64,000 nucleotides of DNA from contig CM120645.1 in NCBI GenBank assembly GCA_051362555.1, positions 2,914,001-2,978,000 of the forward strand. The letters run 5' to 3'. The notes beneath the pieces are model-generated. The model was not told the DNA's origin. It saw only the letters and a program-made list of their open reading frames with translations, and made no database searches. This stretch comes from Lingula anatina (Eukaryota; Animalia; Brachiopoda). The translations under genes and the position numbers were made by a program. Shown piece by piece: positions 1-13,700 of the stretch. Within the stretch, counting starts at the first letter, position 1; the number at the start of each line of letters is the position of its first letter.

Positions 1-462
1 GAAGTTTTATGACTCGAAGTTGCATTTTCTTTTGTTGTCGGCTGTGCCATACCTTGTCGAGTTTCCGGTGTGTTTAAATAGTATTATTGTAAGCTGATGG
101 GGATAAAGTTGTCTAGACATGATATTAGTGTCATCATTACACATGTTGAGGGCTTTTTTGTACATAAATTAGGCCCTGAGTGTGTATTTTTGTTATGTTT
201 TTCAAGTTGTTGCAGTATTGATAATTTTTATACACATATACATTGTGTTTTCTTGTACAACTTAGCATAAATATTTGTTGTAGTTTGGTTTATGACTAGG
301 TTTGAGATAGTTGAAATAGTGACTTGACGTTACTTTATAGCATTTGATGTCGTGATTAAGGGAAAAGTGTTTGAATTTCTGGAAAGCAAACCCCTTCTAT
401 TTTTCACCTGCATTCCAATACCACACCTTCTTCATGTACTCATATTTATCTCTTCAAGAAAG

Positions 463-464
<2 letters not shown>

Positions 465-535
<71 letters not shown>
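465..535. repeat. Compound (CT)n(CA)n microsatellite
   Basis: Read directly from the sequence. Confidence 0.98.
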
Positions 536-538
<3 letters not shown>

Positions 539-1530
539 TTGTCTATGTGTACCAACCGAGGACATCAGCACAACACCATACAACCGAGGACATCTTATTC
601 CTTGGTTAAATCAAAATAAAAACATTCAATTTAGGGTAAAATCTATTTGAGTATGAATGTTATAAATTAATTTTTTATAAAAACTAATTTTTTGCTGACA
701 AGAATTTTACATTCTAACCGAGGACACACACGGACACACACACGGACAGACACTACACATTACAACCGAGGACATGCATGCATCTACATGTAATAATGAT
801 TGTACTTTTAATGCAAAGCAAATTTTATATAGCGTTACTTTGCAGCAATTCACATTTTTATGAAATTCTTTCATATTTAAAGGGATAATAACTCTTCGTA
901 TGAGATCTATATTTCACAATAAAAACATTGTGAATAACTCATAGAAATGTAATATATTCTGTTTTACCACAAAAACGGCAATTATAGCTATTTTTTCTGA
1001 TATCTGAGCTTGTCTTTAGACCACGTGACCTCCATTGATGGCTATACTGTGTTAAAATCTCTTAAGAGATTTTAACAAAAAACCAAACTTTTTAGAAAAA
1101 AACCAGGGACTAACTCTGAATGTAAAAATGGATTCATTTACCATTGGTAAGTATGGGAAAATTGTTGTTTACTCCAGGAAAATTCATTTTTTGGCCGAAA
1201 CGAAGAGTTATTATACCTTTAAGGTAAATTCCAAAATAACACCAGAGGTGATGATTAAATGAACAGTTATACAATATTTAATGCTGGGCTTTGCCACTTT
1301 TTTAGAATTGAAGATTATGAGATAAAACATCAATTAATTTAGGAAAAGAAAGGATACTGATGAAATAAAATAAAAGACCAAAGAAATTCGTTTTCAAACA
1401 TTTTATTTTCATAATGCTTATTTTCTATTTAGCACTCTTTTATTATCATGAATTTTGTATTTTGATAACACAAAGTGTCGTCCATTGGATACAGACTTGA
1501 ACAGTACACGATCTTACAATTGAGGACATC

Positions 1531-3917
1531 ATGCCAGCAGCACCCAAAATTGTGCTTTCTTCCAATTTGATGCAATATTATATAATGCTTAACAGCATAA
1601 TGATCATCAATTTTTTATAATAAAATATTAGCATCATGAATATTCAGAAAATGTGACTAGCAAAGGTTTTCAGGTTCATGGAACTCCAAAGTCATACTTT
1701 GAAAATGCTAAATGTATACAAGAGAGCACTGTACTGAAATGGGTTTCTTTCCATTTTTAACTTTTTTACATAAAATAATACAGTTTACTGCCATTTCACA
1801 TGATCAACTAAGAAAATTGTTGAGATGGCAAAAATATCAATATAACAAGTTTAAATGTCCAATTTCCTCCATTCCGAACATTGTGAATGATTGAATCTGA
1901 CAAACTACAATGATACGAGTTCATTTCCATTTTGGCACTTTTTTTACACAATACAAGATAACAGGTTTACCACCATTTTTATATAATCAACTAGCAATAT
2001 TGTCAAGACGCAGAAATTGTCAAACAACCCATTTTACATATCTAGTAAATTCAATAATGAGACTGTTTACATGCCTGACAATCAAATCTGAGGAAAACCA
2101 CTTATATACAAATAAAAGCTGAAGTCCCTCAAAACTCAACCAATCAATCTTATTTTTAAATTTGATTTGTATATAGATAACATTGATCACACTTGTGAGT
2201 TAAATGACAACAGGCCTATCGGTTCTCCCTGAAATGTGCTTACAGTGTTACTAATATGCTTTTACTAATAATCATCAGTTCTGTGAGTTTCATGAAAACA
2301 GGCTTTAAGTTATTGGTTCTCCCTGAAATGTGCTTACAGTGTTACATATATGCTGAAAAAAAAAAAAAAAAAAAGAAAAAAAAAACAGCATAACATTTGA
2401 AAGAAAAGGGCCTGGTCTTGCTGATTTTCAATCTTGACCATTCTTTTACTAATAATCATCAGTTCTGTGAGTTTCATGAAAACAGGCTTATTGGTTCTCC
2501 TTGAAATATGTTAACAGTATTGCATGTACACTGAAAAAAGGAGAAAAAATGCAAAACTTTTGAAAATAATCACCCCATTTCCTCCATTTTGAGACACTGT
2601 ATTACACAGTACATGATAACATGTTTACCATCATATTTATATAATCAACTAGCAATGTTGTAAAGATGCAGACAATTTCAGAGAAACACTAACATATTTA
2701 CATATCTAGTTAATTCAATAACGAAACTGTCAACATGCATGACAATCAAATCTGAGGAAAACCACTTATATACAAATAAAAGCTGAAGTCCCTCAGAACT
2801 CAACCAATCTATCTTATTTTTAAATTTGATTTGTATATAGATAACATTGATCACTCTTGTGAGTTTAATGACAACAGGCCTCTCGGTTCTCCCAGAAATG
2901 TGCTTACAGTGTTACTTATATGCTGAAAAAAAAAACAGCATAACATTTGAAAGAAAAGGGCCTGGTCATGCTGATTTTCAATCTTGACCATTCTTTTACT
3001 CATAATAATCAGTTCTGTGAGTTTCATGAAAACAGGCTTTAAGTTATTGGTTCTTCCTGAAATGTGCTTACAGTGTTACTTATATGCTTAAAAAAAACAG
3101 CATAACATTTGAAAGAAAAGGGCCTGGTCATGCTGATTTTCAATGTTGACCATTCTTTTACTAATAATCATCAGTTCTGTGAGTTTCATGAAAACAGGCT
3201 TATTGGTTCTCCTTGAAATGTGCTTACAGTGTTACATATATGCTGAAAAAAAACCAGCATAACATTTGAAAGAAAAGGGCCTGGTCATGCTGATTTTCAA
3301 TCTTGATCATTCTTTTTAATTTACTAATAATCATCAGTTCTCTGAGTTTCATGAAAACAGGCCTATTGGTTCTCCTTGAAGTGTGTTTACAGTGTTGCAT
3401 GTACACTGAAAAAAGGAGAAAAAAAATGCAAAACTTTTGAAAATAATCACCCCATTTCCTCCATTTTGAGACACTGTATTACACAGTACATGATAACATG
3501 TTTACCGTCATATTTATTTAATCAACTAGCAATGTTGTAAAGATGCAGAAAATTTCAGACAAACACTAACATATTTAGATATCTAGTTAGTTCAATAACG
3601 AAACTGTCAACATGCCTGACAATCAAATCTGAGGAAAACCACTTATATACAAATAAAAGCTGAAGTCCCTCAAAACTCAACCAATCAATCTTATTTTTAA
3701 ACTTGATTTGTATATAGATAACATTGATTACTCCTGTGAGTTTCATGAAAACAGGCTTATTGGTTCTCTCTGAAATGTGCTTACAGTGTTACTTATATGC
3801 TGAAAAAAAAAAAAAAAAACAGCATAACATTTGAAAGAAAAGGGCCTGGTCATGCTGATTTTCAATCTTGACCATTCTTTTACTTATAATCATCAGTTCT
3901 GTGAGTTTTATGAAAAG
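1531..3917. repeat. Tandem array of ~160-bp Helentron-core-like monomers with higher-order organisation
   Basis: The monomer 'tatatgctgaaaaa..cagcataacatttgaaagaaaagggcctggtc..atcagttctgtgagtttcatgaaaacagg' occurs at ~2347, 2917, 3081, 3237 and 3795. A higher-order landmark, atcaaatctgaggaaaacc, occurs at 2081, 2745 and 3622. Confidence 0.9.
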
Positions 3918-4154
3918 CCTACTCTGAAGTATCGAATAAAAGTACTGATGGAATAAAAGTACTGGGTGGAAAAAATCTCAAAATTTAATAAAAGTACTGA
4001 TGGAATAAAAGTACTGGGTGGAAAAAATCTCGAAATTTAATAAAAGTACTGGATGGAATAAAAGTACTGGGTGGAAAAAACCTTTACACCGCTCCCCCCC
4101 CCCAAAAAAAAAAAATGAAATAAATAAATAAAAGTAAAGAAGAAGAAGAGAAAG

Positions 4155-4647
4155 AAACAAGGCAGCAAAGCTGTCAAATGTACAGACAAAAACCAGAAAA
4201 TAAAAACGCAGGAAATAGGATACTGTCAATTCTGATGAATTAATGTATTATGCTAACTGTAAATGCATAGCCAAAATCAAATTCTTATTCTGCATAACAT
4301 TGGATTAGGATGAAAGTAAAATGTGTATCAAGCATTAGACTAAGTTCCCATACCTAGATCAATCTAATAGGATCAATCCAACTCCAAGGGGTTTCTCACT
4401 AAATTGCTTTCAGTTTGAGAGTCTTAGGATTCTGGCATGCCAGTTTCAGTAGGCGTGACAGACAACTAAGCCACTTACATTGATTGCAATTTAGCGAGAA
4501 TTCCCATGGAGATAGATCGATCCACAGTTAGCGTGATAGGGTCTGGAAATAGTCCCTAAGGTGTCAGGCTGATAAGAGTTAAACTTTGGAAATGCCAGAA
4601 TGAGGTACAGTGAAAATTAAACACAAAAAAAAATTGCTTAAACTCAT

Positions 4648-4710
<63 letters not shown>

Positions 4711-6503
4711 AATTTTTTTTTTTTTTTTGCTGTATGTCAATCCTAAGAATCATTCTTGTAACTTAACAAAATACAGAAAATGTTACAAAGTAAGAGTACA
4801 GGGCTCCTGGCAGATGGGAGTGATAAGTCACGACTTGAAAATGCCAGTATAGCACTCTATAAACCTGCATTGCCTCCAAAACAGAAAACAATCACACTGG
4901 TTTTCAAACACAAGCTGCACTTCTGTCTTATGAAACTTTTCAGTAAGTTTCAGTATCGTAAGTAACATGGTTTTCCCTTAACCGCTATCCTGGCAGCAGT
5001 GTCCAAAATAGGGTTTTCATCAACTTTCATGCAATAAACCATAATACTTAACAGCATAATGACCATCAAATTTTTTATAAAAAAAATAAAAGTATCATGA
5101 ATATTCAGAAAATGTGATTTGGGAAGGTCTTCAAGGCCATGGAAGTTCAGAGTCACACTTTCAAAATGCCAAAATGTAAACAAGAGATAACTGTACTGAA
5201 ATGATTTTCTTTCCATTTTCAACACCTTTTTTAAAACAAAATGATCAATAAACTGTCATTTTTAAATGTTCAACTAGGAAAATTGTTGACATAGGAAAAC
5301 TATCAATAGAACAATTTTCAATGTCCAATTTGCTCCATTTGCAGATGCTGAACATAGTGAATGATTAAATCTGACAAACTGCAATGATGAGTTCCTTTCC
5401 ATTTATGATACTTTATTACACAATGCACAATATTATAACAGGTTTACCGTCATTTTTATATAATCAACAATATTGTTAAGAAGCAGAAAATGTCAAAACA
5501 ACACTTTTCTTATTAGTTCCATAATGAGACTGTTAACATGCCTAAGAATTAAATCTGAAGAAATAACAATTATATACAAAAATACAGAAAATGCACAGCA
5601 CTTCTGGTGGGTGGGAGTAAAAAATCACATCTTGAAGATGCTAGTGTTTGAAAAATAATTTTTAAAAAAATTAAAAAAAAAAACGTAAAAAATTCCAATA
5701 AAGCTGCTATTCAAACTTTTAATCTAGCTGTATTAACTTGATATTAATAACCCCACCAAGTTTGAGAAAAATAAAGCACTGTTATTCATCTATAGCATGT
5801 TGGCATAACACATTCTTTTTGTTGTAAATTTATTTGCAATGTTTAACACCATTTATCTGCACAATTATCACCAAATCCTAATTTTGTGACACAGTTAAGA
5901 GAGCTAAACCTATGGGACTTTACAGGGAAATCTCAACGAGTGTTTTATGTAATCTCATTTAATGGCCAATTGAAAATTAATGAGTAGGCAAGTGACTTTA
6001 TAGACCTTAATTTAATTAGTGATCACCCAAGGGACAATTTTATAGACTGCCATCCATACAGTACCATCATATAGCACAAAGGTGTTGCATACATGCTGAA
6101 AAAAGTGAAAAACAGCATTACTTCCCTAAAAATGACCCAATCACGCTGATTTTCAAACTTGACCTGCGTATTATGAATATTCATCAGTTCTGTAAGTTTG
6201 AAACCAAAAGGTAAAATGGTTTTCCACTTATCGTGTTATCGGTGCTGCATATATGCTGAAAAAAGTTTAAAAACAGCATAAATTCCCTATAAGTGACCCG
6301 ATCATGCTGATTTTCGAACTTGACCTGCGTATTACGAATATTCATCAGTTCTGTAAGTTTCAAGCCAAAAGAAAAAACAGTTTTCCACTTTTCGTGTTAT
6401 CGGTAAAAGTGCACGGCGACGGCGACGACGGCGACAGCGACGGCGACGACAGACGCAGATGACGGCTATATGTACAGACACATCTGTGTCTGTACATAAA
6501 AAG
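4155..6503 (-). mobile_element. Helentron-associated non-autonomous element (HINE / DINE-1 / Pearl-like)
   Basis: On the - strand: T-run, 14-bp perfect hairpin containing the subTIR (6469-6498), (GTC/GCC)n microsatellite (6414-6455), ~160-bp core repeats (6080-6405), second subTIR atgtacagaca (4178-4188), short hairpin (4161-4175) and CTTGTT end. This is the established HINE layout. Confidence 0.88.
4651..4704. repeat. (TA)n microsatellite
   Basis: Read directly from the sequence. Confidence 0.97.
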
Positions 6504-7673
6504 CTAGCTATTGATCATTGTAAAAAAAAAAAATTCACCAGGTAAAATTCACTCAGTATTAAAATTTATCTTAAAAACGGGATGAGTTAAATTTCATAAT
6601 TGTCAGGGGCCGAAGACCCAGATATATCGCACCTAAGCCGCCTCCGAGAGCCATACGGTTCATACTAGTAAATTTATTCTCAGATATAAGGTTCGTTTTG
6701 CATACCTGTAAACTCCTAAGTGTTTATCTTACATAGAAATGTGATTTAACATCGTTTAAATCATAAATCGGCATGAAATAATTGACGTTTGAGAACAGAC
6801 ACAACTTCTTTGCTGCACTTGAAATGACCTCCTTAGCTATAAATATGATCCTATCACCTTGCGGCATTGCATCATTCGATCGATATACATGAGTAGTTGT
6901 CACTGCTGAAGGGAAAGCACGTCTATTTATAGAAACTGAAATCAGGTGACGCATGTACTGTTGTGTTCAGAGAGCGACTTCCGCTTGACCTACTTTCCAG
7001 TGCTGTTTGTGGAACAGTAGGTAGTGAGTTGAGATCTCGATTTTCTTCTCATTATACTTCAATTTAAGAAAATAAAAAGCGTGACTTGTACTTGTGTAAT
7101 TTCCCACCGGTACAATAGATATTTAATAAACATACCGGGTGGAAGATTTTTGAAAAATTAATAAGCGTAGGCTACTGGGTGAAAATGGAGCGAACCGGCG
7201 GGAAGAAATTTGGAAAATTAATTAACGTACCGGTACGTTTATTTGATACTTCAGAGTAGGAGAGCTTAATTTGATAAAAAAAGACCTTTAGTTTAAAAAT
7301 ATGAACTTACTGAATATATAGACATCTGAGATATAACATTAGTTTCAGTTTAGTCTGCCCTTTACAGCACAACCGAGGACGCGGAATTTGGTCCGCCCTT
7401 TACAGCACAACCGAGGACGCGTGTGTATAGCCCGATTTCAGACAAAAAATTGGACAGTATTTCTGATACACTCGTGGCGGGAATTTGGCCCGCGCTATAC
7501 AGCATAACCGAGGACTGGCTCAGAATAGCGTCAAATTTCACCACCTAACTTGAAATGGGCCCCTTTATGCATTCCACTGCTTATGTCAACCGAGGACGTC
7601 CTCGGTTGGAGGTGTGTCCTCGGTTAGTGGGTTTCGGGCGGGTGTGTGTCCTCGGTTAGAATGCGTGCACAAG

Positions 7674-7675
<2 letters not shown>

Positions 7676-7705
<30 letters not shown>
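7676..7705. repeat. (CA)n microsatellite
   Basis: Read directly from the sequence. Confidence 0.97.
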
Positions 7706-7707
<2 letters not shown>

Positions 7708-10700
7708 GACGTGCATGCATGGGCATGCACACACCTTGCCATTATTAGTGACCAGTGGCTAATAAGGTCTTCCTGTTTGATAAGAAGTGATGAGGATTTA
7801 TGTGTGTTGTAAGAGGAATCAAGTGGACCACCCGTCTTAAGCTTCTTCCTGCAAGCTCTGATTTAATCACCCACTGAATTAAGTCCAGTTTGAGACAGAG
7901 TCAAACCTAGGATTTCTAACTTTTTCACCAGAAATGTTACAGTATCAACAATAAACATTTTTATTTCAAAAGAATTTCAAAAGAATTTCAAAAGATACCA
8001 TAGTGGCTTATGCTGTCATATTATATAACAGGAACCATGAAAACCTCTTTTGAGCTAGATGTATTTAACCTTTCTTATTTTTTATAATTAATTGATGATT
8101 TATTTTATGGCAAGGAAAAAGGAAATTTGAATTATACAATTTCCTTATTCAGGGAGATGAGGAGGAAAAGAACATGTTTCAAACTCATAAGTTTACTTTA
8201 TTGCTTAAGAGAAGAAGTAACTGTCTTTAAACGAACAGTTATGTAGAAAAACAATTGAAAGTTACTTGTTTACAATTCTTCCTTTTTTGCATTTATAAGA
8301 GAGCTTATTGTTAATTTGTCATAAACAACATCTGACGGTAAACATCAAAACAGTTTGGTCACTGTTTGCCAAAGTCTTGGTCATTCCTAGACACTTCATC
8401 ATGCCCATTGTCCACATCACAGCCTTAATGACCCCTGTGTTTGTCAAATTCCTGGTCACACTCGGTCAGTTTGGTCACTCAATCATCTGTCTGACCAGTG
8501 GCTACCTGACCCAGATTGATTGGTCTATCGCCTCACTGACCCCTGGGCCTTCACCCCTAGATGGTTAAAGTGTCTATAACGTGTCTTTGGACACATTATG
8601 GCAGTGAATTTGTTATAAATGAAGGATGGAGAAGGGGAGAGAGAGAGAGCATGCTTTGTTGATTTCTTAACCTGTACACGCTTCTTGTGGCATTGAGAGA
8701 GAGACAATACATTGTATTGTTCATTAAAGGACCGTTTTTTTCTGAATGTCAAGTTTAAACTGAAACTTGAAATAATCTGCAATGAGTGTATAATGCAATA
8801 TGTAAATAAATTCCTGCAGTCAGTTAAAAGTTGAACACGTGATGTCTGCATAAGATAATGCAATCAACTTTTCTTTTTCTGTTGCTTTCTGGCTATTAGC
8901 GTATGAGCACTATGTCAGTGCACCTTTTACTTTGCAAACCACAAATTGCCTCATGTTTATGGTACTAGGGGTATGTGTCCACTTTGCATGTGTTGGTGAC
9001 ATATTTGTAAATATGACAGATAAATTAGTCTAACATAAAGTACCATACTGCGCTACATCATGCGACCACAGTGGTCCCAGGGTACTGAAAAAATCTTTAT
9101 TTTATTTTATTTTTTATTTATTTTTTTTTATTTATTTATTTTTTTTTTTGTAGCAGAGTCCAGTTGCAAGTTGAAGAACTTCCAACCCCCCCCCCCAAAA
9201 AAAAACAAAAAAACAAAAAAAACTATACTTCAGATGGTCTGTTTTGAGATAAATACACTCTTCTATGCAGAAAATGTTGAATACATTCTATGGCGTGAAA
9301 AACTTTTGCAGTAATTCAATATTGCTATCACTGACACATCTCGGACAAAATTGCTCATCATAATTTCAGATACAAAAACCTGTTTGCTGTCATTTTTTTT
9401 CTGTAAGCCTGAAATAGTTGTCACTTGTGATAAAATATCTCTCTGAGCTGACCCCAAGTGACTGGGTTATTTTGTTCAGTATTATCTCCTTGTGACAACC
9501 TTGTCAATCAGTGGATGGAATGGTGGACAGATGGCTGAAAATTTGGCATGAAATTGTTGTCAGATAACAGAGGACCCTGGATATGTCAAATGTAGCTATC
9601 TTTTTTTTTTTTTTAGCATGTGACAGAGCAAGGAAAATTAAAACAGTGACAGTTAGACACAGATGGGGGTGGGAGGGGGGGGGCAAATGACCAATAATTA
9701 ACATAATTTTCTACTTAATATGGTCAATATGTTGCACTGAAGTCTCTTTGCAAACATTTTGTGTGAAAAAGGAATAATCTTGGATCATGGATGGGGTGGG
9801 GGGGGGAGCTTGCCACTGGCACTGGAACTATATTGCCACTGGGAAAGTATTGCATTTAAAATGCAAAGATCAAAAGCACCTGTAATTTGATGACACTAGT
9901 TTCATCCCCTGGGGCAATGTCATCACCTGTATATTTTTGTTGTTGTAGACCATTTTCAGCATACTAACATAAAAGGGAGGAATACAACAGCAGAGTAACC
10001 TCCTAAATCTTCATCAAGTAGTCTAAAAAAAGATGTCCAGTTTTAAGTTTGCTCTTTAAAATGTGGGGGTTGACATTGTTTTCTGGCATCAGCATCATTG
10101 AAGTTTTCTAATCCTGTTGGGCACCTGTATTTGCTGACATGTATAATAACAGTCTTCACCTGTGCTCCGTGTTCTTGATGGCCGCGCTGATAAGGGACTG
10201 CGGTCTCCCACTGTATTGTCTGCTTACTTGTTTTAAGGTGTGTCGTCGGTTACTCTATCATGTTTTTACTCGTATGTATAGGGCTTCCTGATTGAGGGGG
10301 AGATTTTTGTGTCGTGTTGACATAAGTGGCATGTTTATAACCTGCCTGTGTTTTGACTGAATAATTGCTTCAGGTATTTTATCCCATTTCTAATCTTTTA
10401 TCATATTTCAAAAGACATCTTGATAGGAAGAGAGAGATATGAAAATGGCACTTAATGAAAGGATTTAACCTTTTGCGGAAGATGAACTATTTCTGTAACC
10501 TCAGGTTTGAAATATTTGCGTGTTATGACACCCTCTCACCTTCCCCACCTTCCCCACGCATTTTAATCTTAAAGAATCTTTTCTTTCAAAGTAAAAGAAA
10601 CTTTACTTAATTCAAGATTTTGTTGTAGTCGCCCTGCTCTGAAGCTAAAAACATTATGATGATATCAAAAAGAGGCATTCTAGCTTCAAACCACTTGTAT

Positions 10701-13700
10701 CAGAAGTCCTCTCTGACCTCCTTATGTGACAAACGTTGGCGTTTGTCACAGGTGACCAAGCTTATAGCATAAGTGTGACTTAGATGTGTCCTACGTCCTT
10801 TTTATTGTGCAACCGGAAGATATGGTTTCCTTTCATGGCTGCTGACTTGGTCAAAGGGTAAAGTCTATGGATGCACTGGATATAGGGCCAGGACATAGAA
10901 TAAGAGCTTCTGCGCCAGTTTTTGGACATGGTTTATGCTGTAAATATGTGCTTGCAGTTTTAAAACGTAAAGAATGGTCGTGTTCACTGGAAAAGGTGTC
11001 TTGTTCGAAGCGGAAATATTGAAGCAGTTATAGCTATTGAGTTTTTTTTTTTCCATTTCCTGATAAAATGATTTTGAAACTTTTAAGTGGGTGATTCATC
11101 TAATGGCATAGTTAACTGGATAAGAAGGTTCCCATGCCTATTTGAAAAAATGAAAAAAAGAAAGAAGAAATACATGACAAGATATGACACAATGCCAAAA
11201 TGTGATCAAAATTTATTACATAGAAATAAATAAACCCTAGAGACACACTTATCCTATCTAATACAATAGTCTCAACAAACACAGCTTAATCTCACCTAAC
11301 ACAATGCTGTCACAACGAACACAATCCTTGAGCAATTTCATTTTCCTGGCCCAGACTGACATTGGCCTTAAAGACTGTATAATTGCCCCCCACCTCCCCT
11401 CCCCATCCTGCTCTTCATACTTTTGTGTCAGGCTACTATAAGAGAATGAGACTGTCACTTCTATGGTTAGAGTAGGGTGTGTGTGTACTGTAACACAAAC
11501 TTTTTGCTGGATACCCAAGGTTTTTAAATGATTTTTTTAAAAGCTCGATACAAAGAAACATAGTAAAAAAAACAGAAAATGGCAAAAACTGGCAAGAAAA
11601 GGAGATTAAGGATTTACACTGCCTTCTGGTACCACCCTTGTAAACATGACAAAATTCAACAACTCTAATAAAATGCCAAAGTTATTTCAAACACCTACGA
11701 GGGTACACTTAAGACGAAAACTTGCTGCTGAAAGGAATGCCAAACACTTCAACATAAATCAAACTTAATTTCTTATCAGGAACATTAAGTCACCTTGATG
11801 AGTGTTGGTTACCGGAAATGGTGTCATTCTTGTGTCACCGCTAAATGTACAAAAGAGCCGTCATCTCCTTTGATGAAAATATATACTCAGGTGTAGTACT
11901 GTAACTGTGTTCTATATATATACTACCAACACCTGGTCTTTGACACTAATCAGCAGATATCCCAGAATTTCTTTTGACAGTTATGAAATAAAATAATTAA
12001 AAATGAAATAGAGAATTATTTACAAGGCTGACACAAAAGTTGTTATCAACCATAAAGGCCTCTTGCTGACATTATTTGGGGACTTTTGAACGAGATTGTT
12101 GGTTTTCTTTTTCTCAGTATTTGCTCACATGGCTGTAGTGAAGTAGTTCCAACTGCCCCTAATCTAGTTAATGCGATTATAAAAAAAAGAACCCTGCTGT
12201 GTTCCGTAGTTCTTTCTGAATAAGGTGTAGATTTTTCCCACACTCGGCTGCCAAATTAAAACAGTCTGATGGAGGGTTGTGTTTTGGATATCGCTTACCA
12301 GCAGTGGTATGCGAGGAAATGAGATAGAGTGTTGTACAAGTGGGTTTCTCTCCGAGTGTGCAATGCAAGTGTGGGCATTTTTTTTATGTGTAGGGAGCAG
12401 ATTACGGTTGCTTGTTCTTAATGTAATAATTCTATATATTTAATAATAATAATAATGATGATGATGACTTTAATGACACAAACACAAAGTAAATGGAGAG
12501 TATGGTCTTATCATGTATGATTTTTTCCAAATATGAATGTTAAAAAAAAAAAAGAAAAAAAAACAGTAACTGATAAACATGTGTAGTTTAACATATTATT
12601 AAAAGAAACATGGATATGAATGGTGGAGGGGAGGGGTGGGGATGGCTGCAGGGGGATTGACTGAAGAGAAGAATTTTGAGTGACACTTTTGAAATGGGAT
12701 AGGACAGAAATCGTAGAGTATGGCGTTAGTTTTAAGCAAGGAGAGATTGTTTTTTTATAAGATATTAAAAAAAGACCAGTCGTACTCTACAAGTCACCTG
12801 GTATGGCAGTGTGCATTGTTTGCAGACACTGCAGCCTTTAAAACTCAGGTGATTAATGGAAATGAAGGACTTTTTTTTACCATTTTCCCGGTCTGGTTTC
12901 CAAATACCAAAAGATATTCTTGTATTGTTATGCCAGAATAAGCACCAAATCATGCATGAGGAAAATGGTGAAAAAAAAAAAAAACTGACAGCTTAAAAGT
13001 TGCTATTCATTATCTTCTTTTAGAACATGACAGACAAGCAATTGCTTCGGAATGCTGTTTGCATGTTTTTTCTATATCCGACTTAAGTTCCCAGTGTAGT
13101 TTAACATTGCCAAGGACATTAGTGACTATGGTAATAAGAGATGACAAGTTTATTTCAAGTCACAGGGATTATTTCGTGTCACAGGGATTAGCTAGAACAT
13201 ATCCTACGCAGCTTTATACTGCAGACATTTAAGCAGCTTTGCCTTCTGTGCAGTTCGTGTGATGACTGGTTAAAAAAAGTTTTTGGTTTTGGAGGAAAAG
13301 GATCATGAAAAAGAGAAACAGTTTAGAATTTTCAAGAGATTTTAGAGTTGGAATTGGAAATTTTTTGTAAATTTTTTTTTTTAATGACAAACACTTAAAG
13401 AGGATATTGCAGTTCCCTAGGCATTTTCATACTTGTGCACATTGCTTGCCCCTTGTGACAGCCTTGTATCTTGCCAAAATAGCACGAGTCTGACATGTGG
13501 CTGCATAGGATGGTGTTCAAGCACGAGACGCCATCTTGTGATCTCTGTGGTTACGTCAAAGCCTCTTGAATCCCGATGACACAGTCACAAGGAGAAAAGA
13601 AAGACGTACTTCTGCTTAATAACCTGAAACAATGAGATAAAGTGGCCAAAATCAAGTTCACTTGTTTTGTACTTGAATTGAGTGTGAGGAAATGTTTTTC

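Larger units (their letters stand above)
3922..7256. mobile_element. Tc1/mariner-type non-autonomous TIR element (TA TSD)
   Basis: TA|ctctgaagtatcgaataaaagtac ... gtacgtttatttgatacttcagag|TA; subterminal repeats of aataaaagtactgggtggaa at 3935-4080 with related copies at 7125-7240. Confidence 0.85.
537..7675. mobile_element. Outer non-autonomous element inserted in a (CA)n microsatellite, with AACCGAGGAC subterminal repeats
   Basis: (CA)n on both flanks (496-535, 7676-7705). Eleven exact copies of AACCGAGGAC or its complement are confined to the two ends. Perfect 22-bp inverted repeat at 710-731/7642-7663 and perfect 22-bp palindrome at 7587-7608. No transposase seen. Confidence 0.75.

Noticed and set aside
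352-619. ORFs with SLSL/HTHT runs (also 4610-4852, 25607-25792, 28071-28430, 45571-46065)
   Set aside because: These are translations of microsatellites or homopolymers, or antisense shadows of plexin exons.
3930-4080. Short direct repeats that look CRISPR-like (also the AACCGAGGAC series)
   Set aside because: Eukaryotic context, no unique regularly sized spacers and no cas genes; explained as transposon subterminal repeats.
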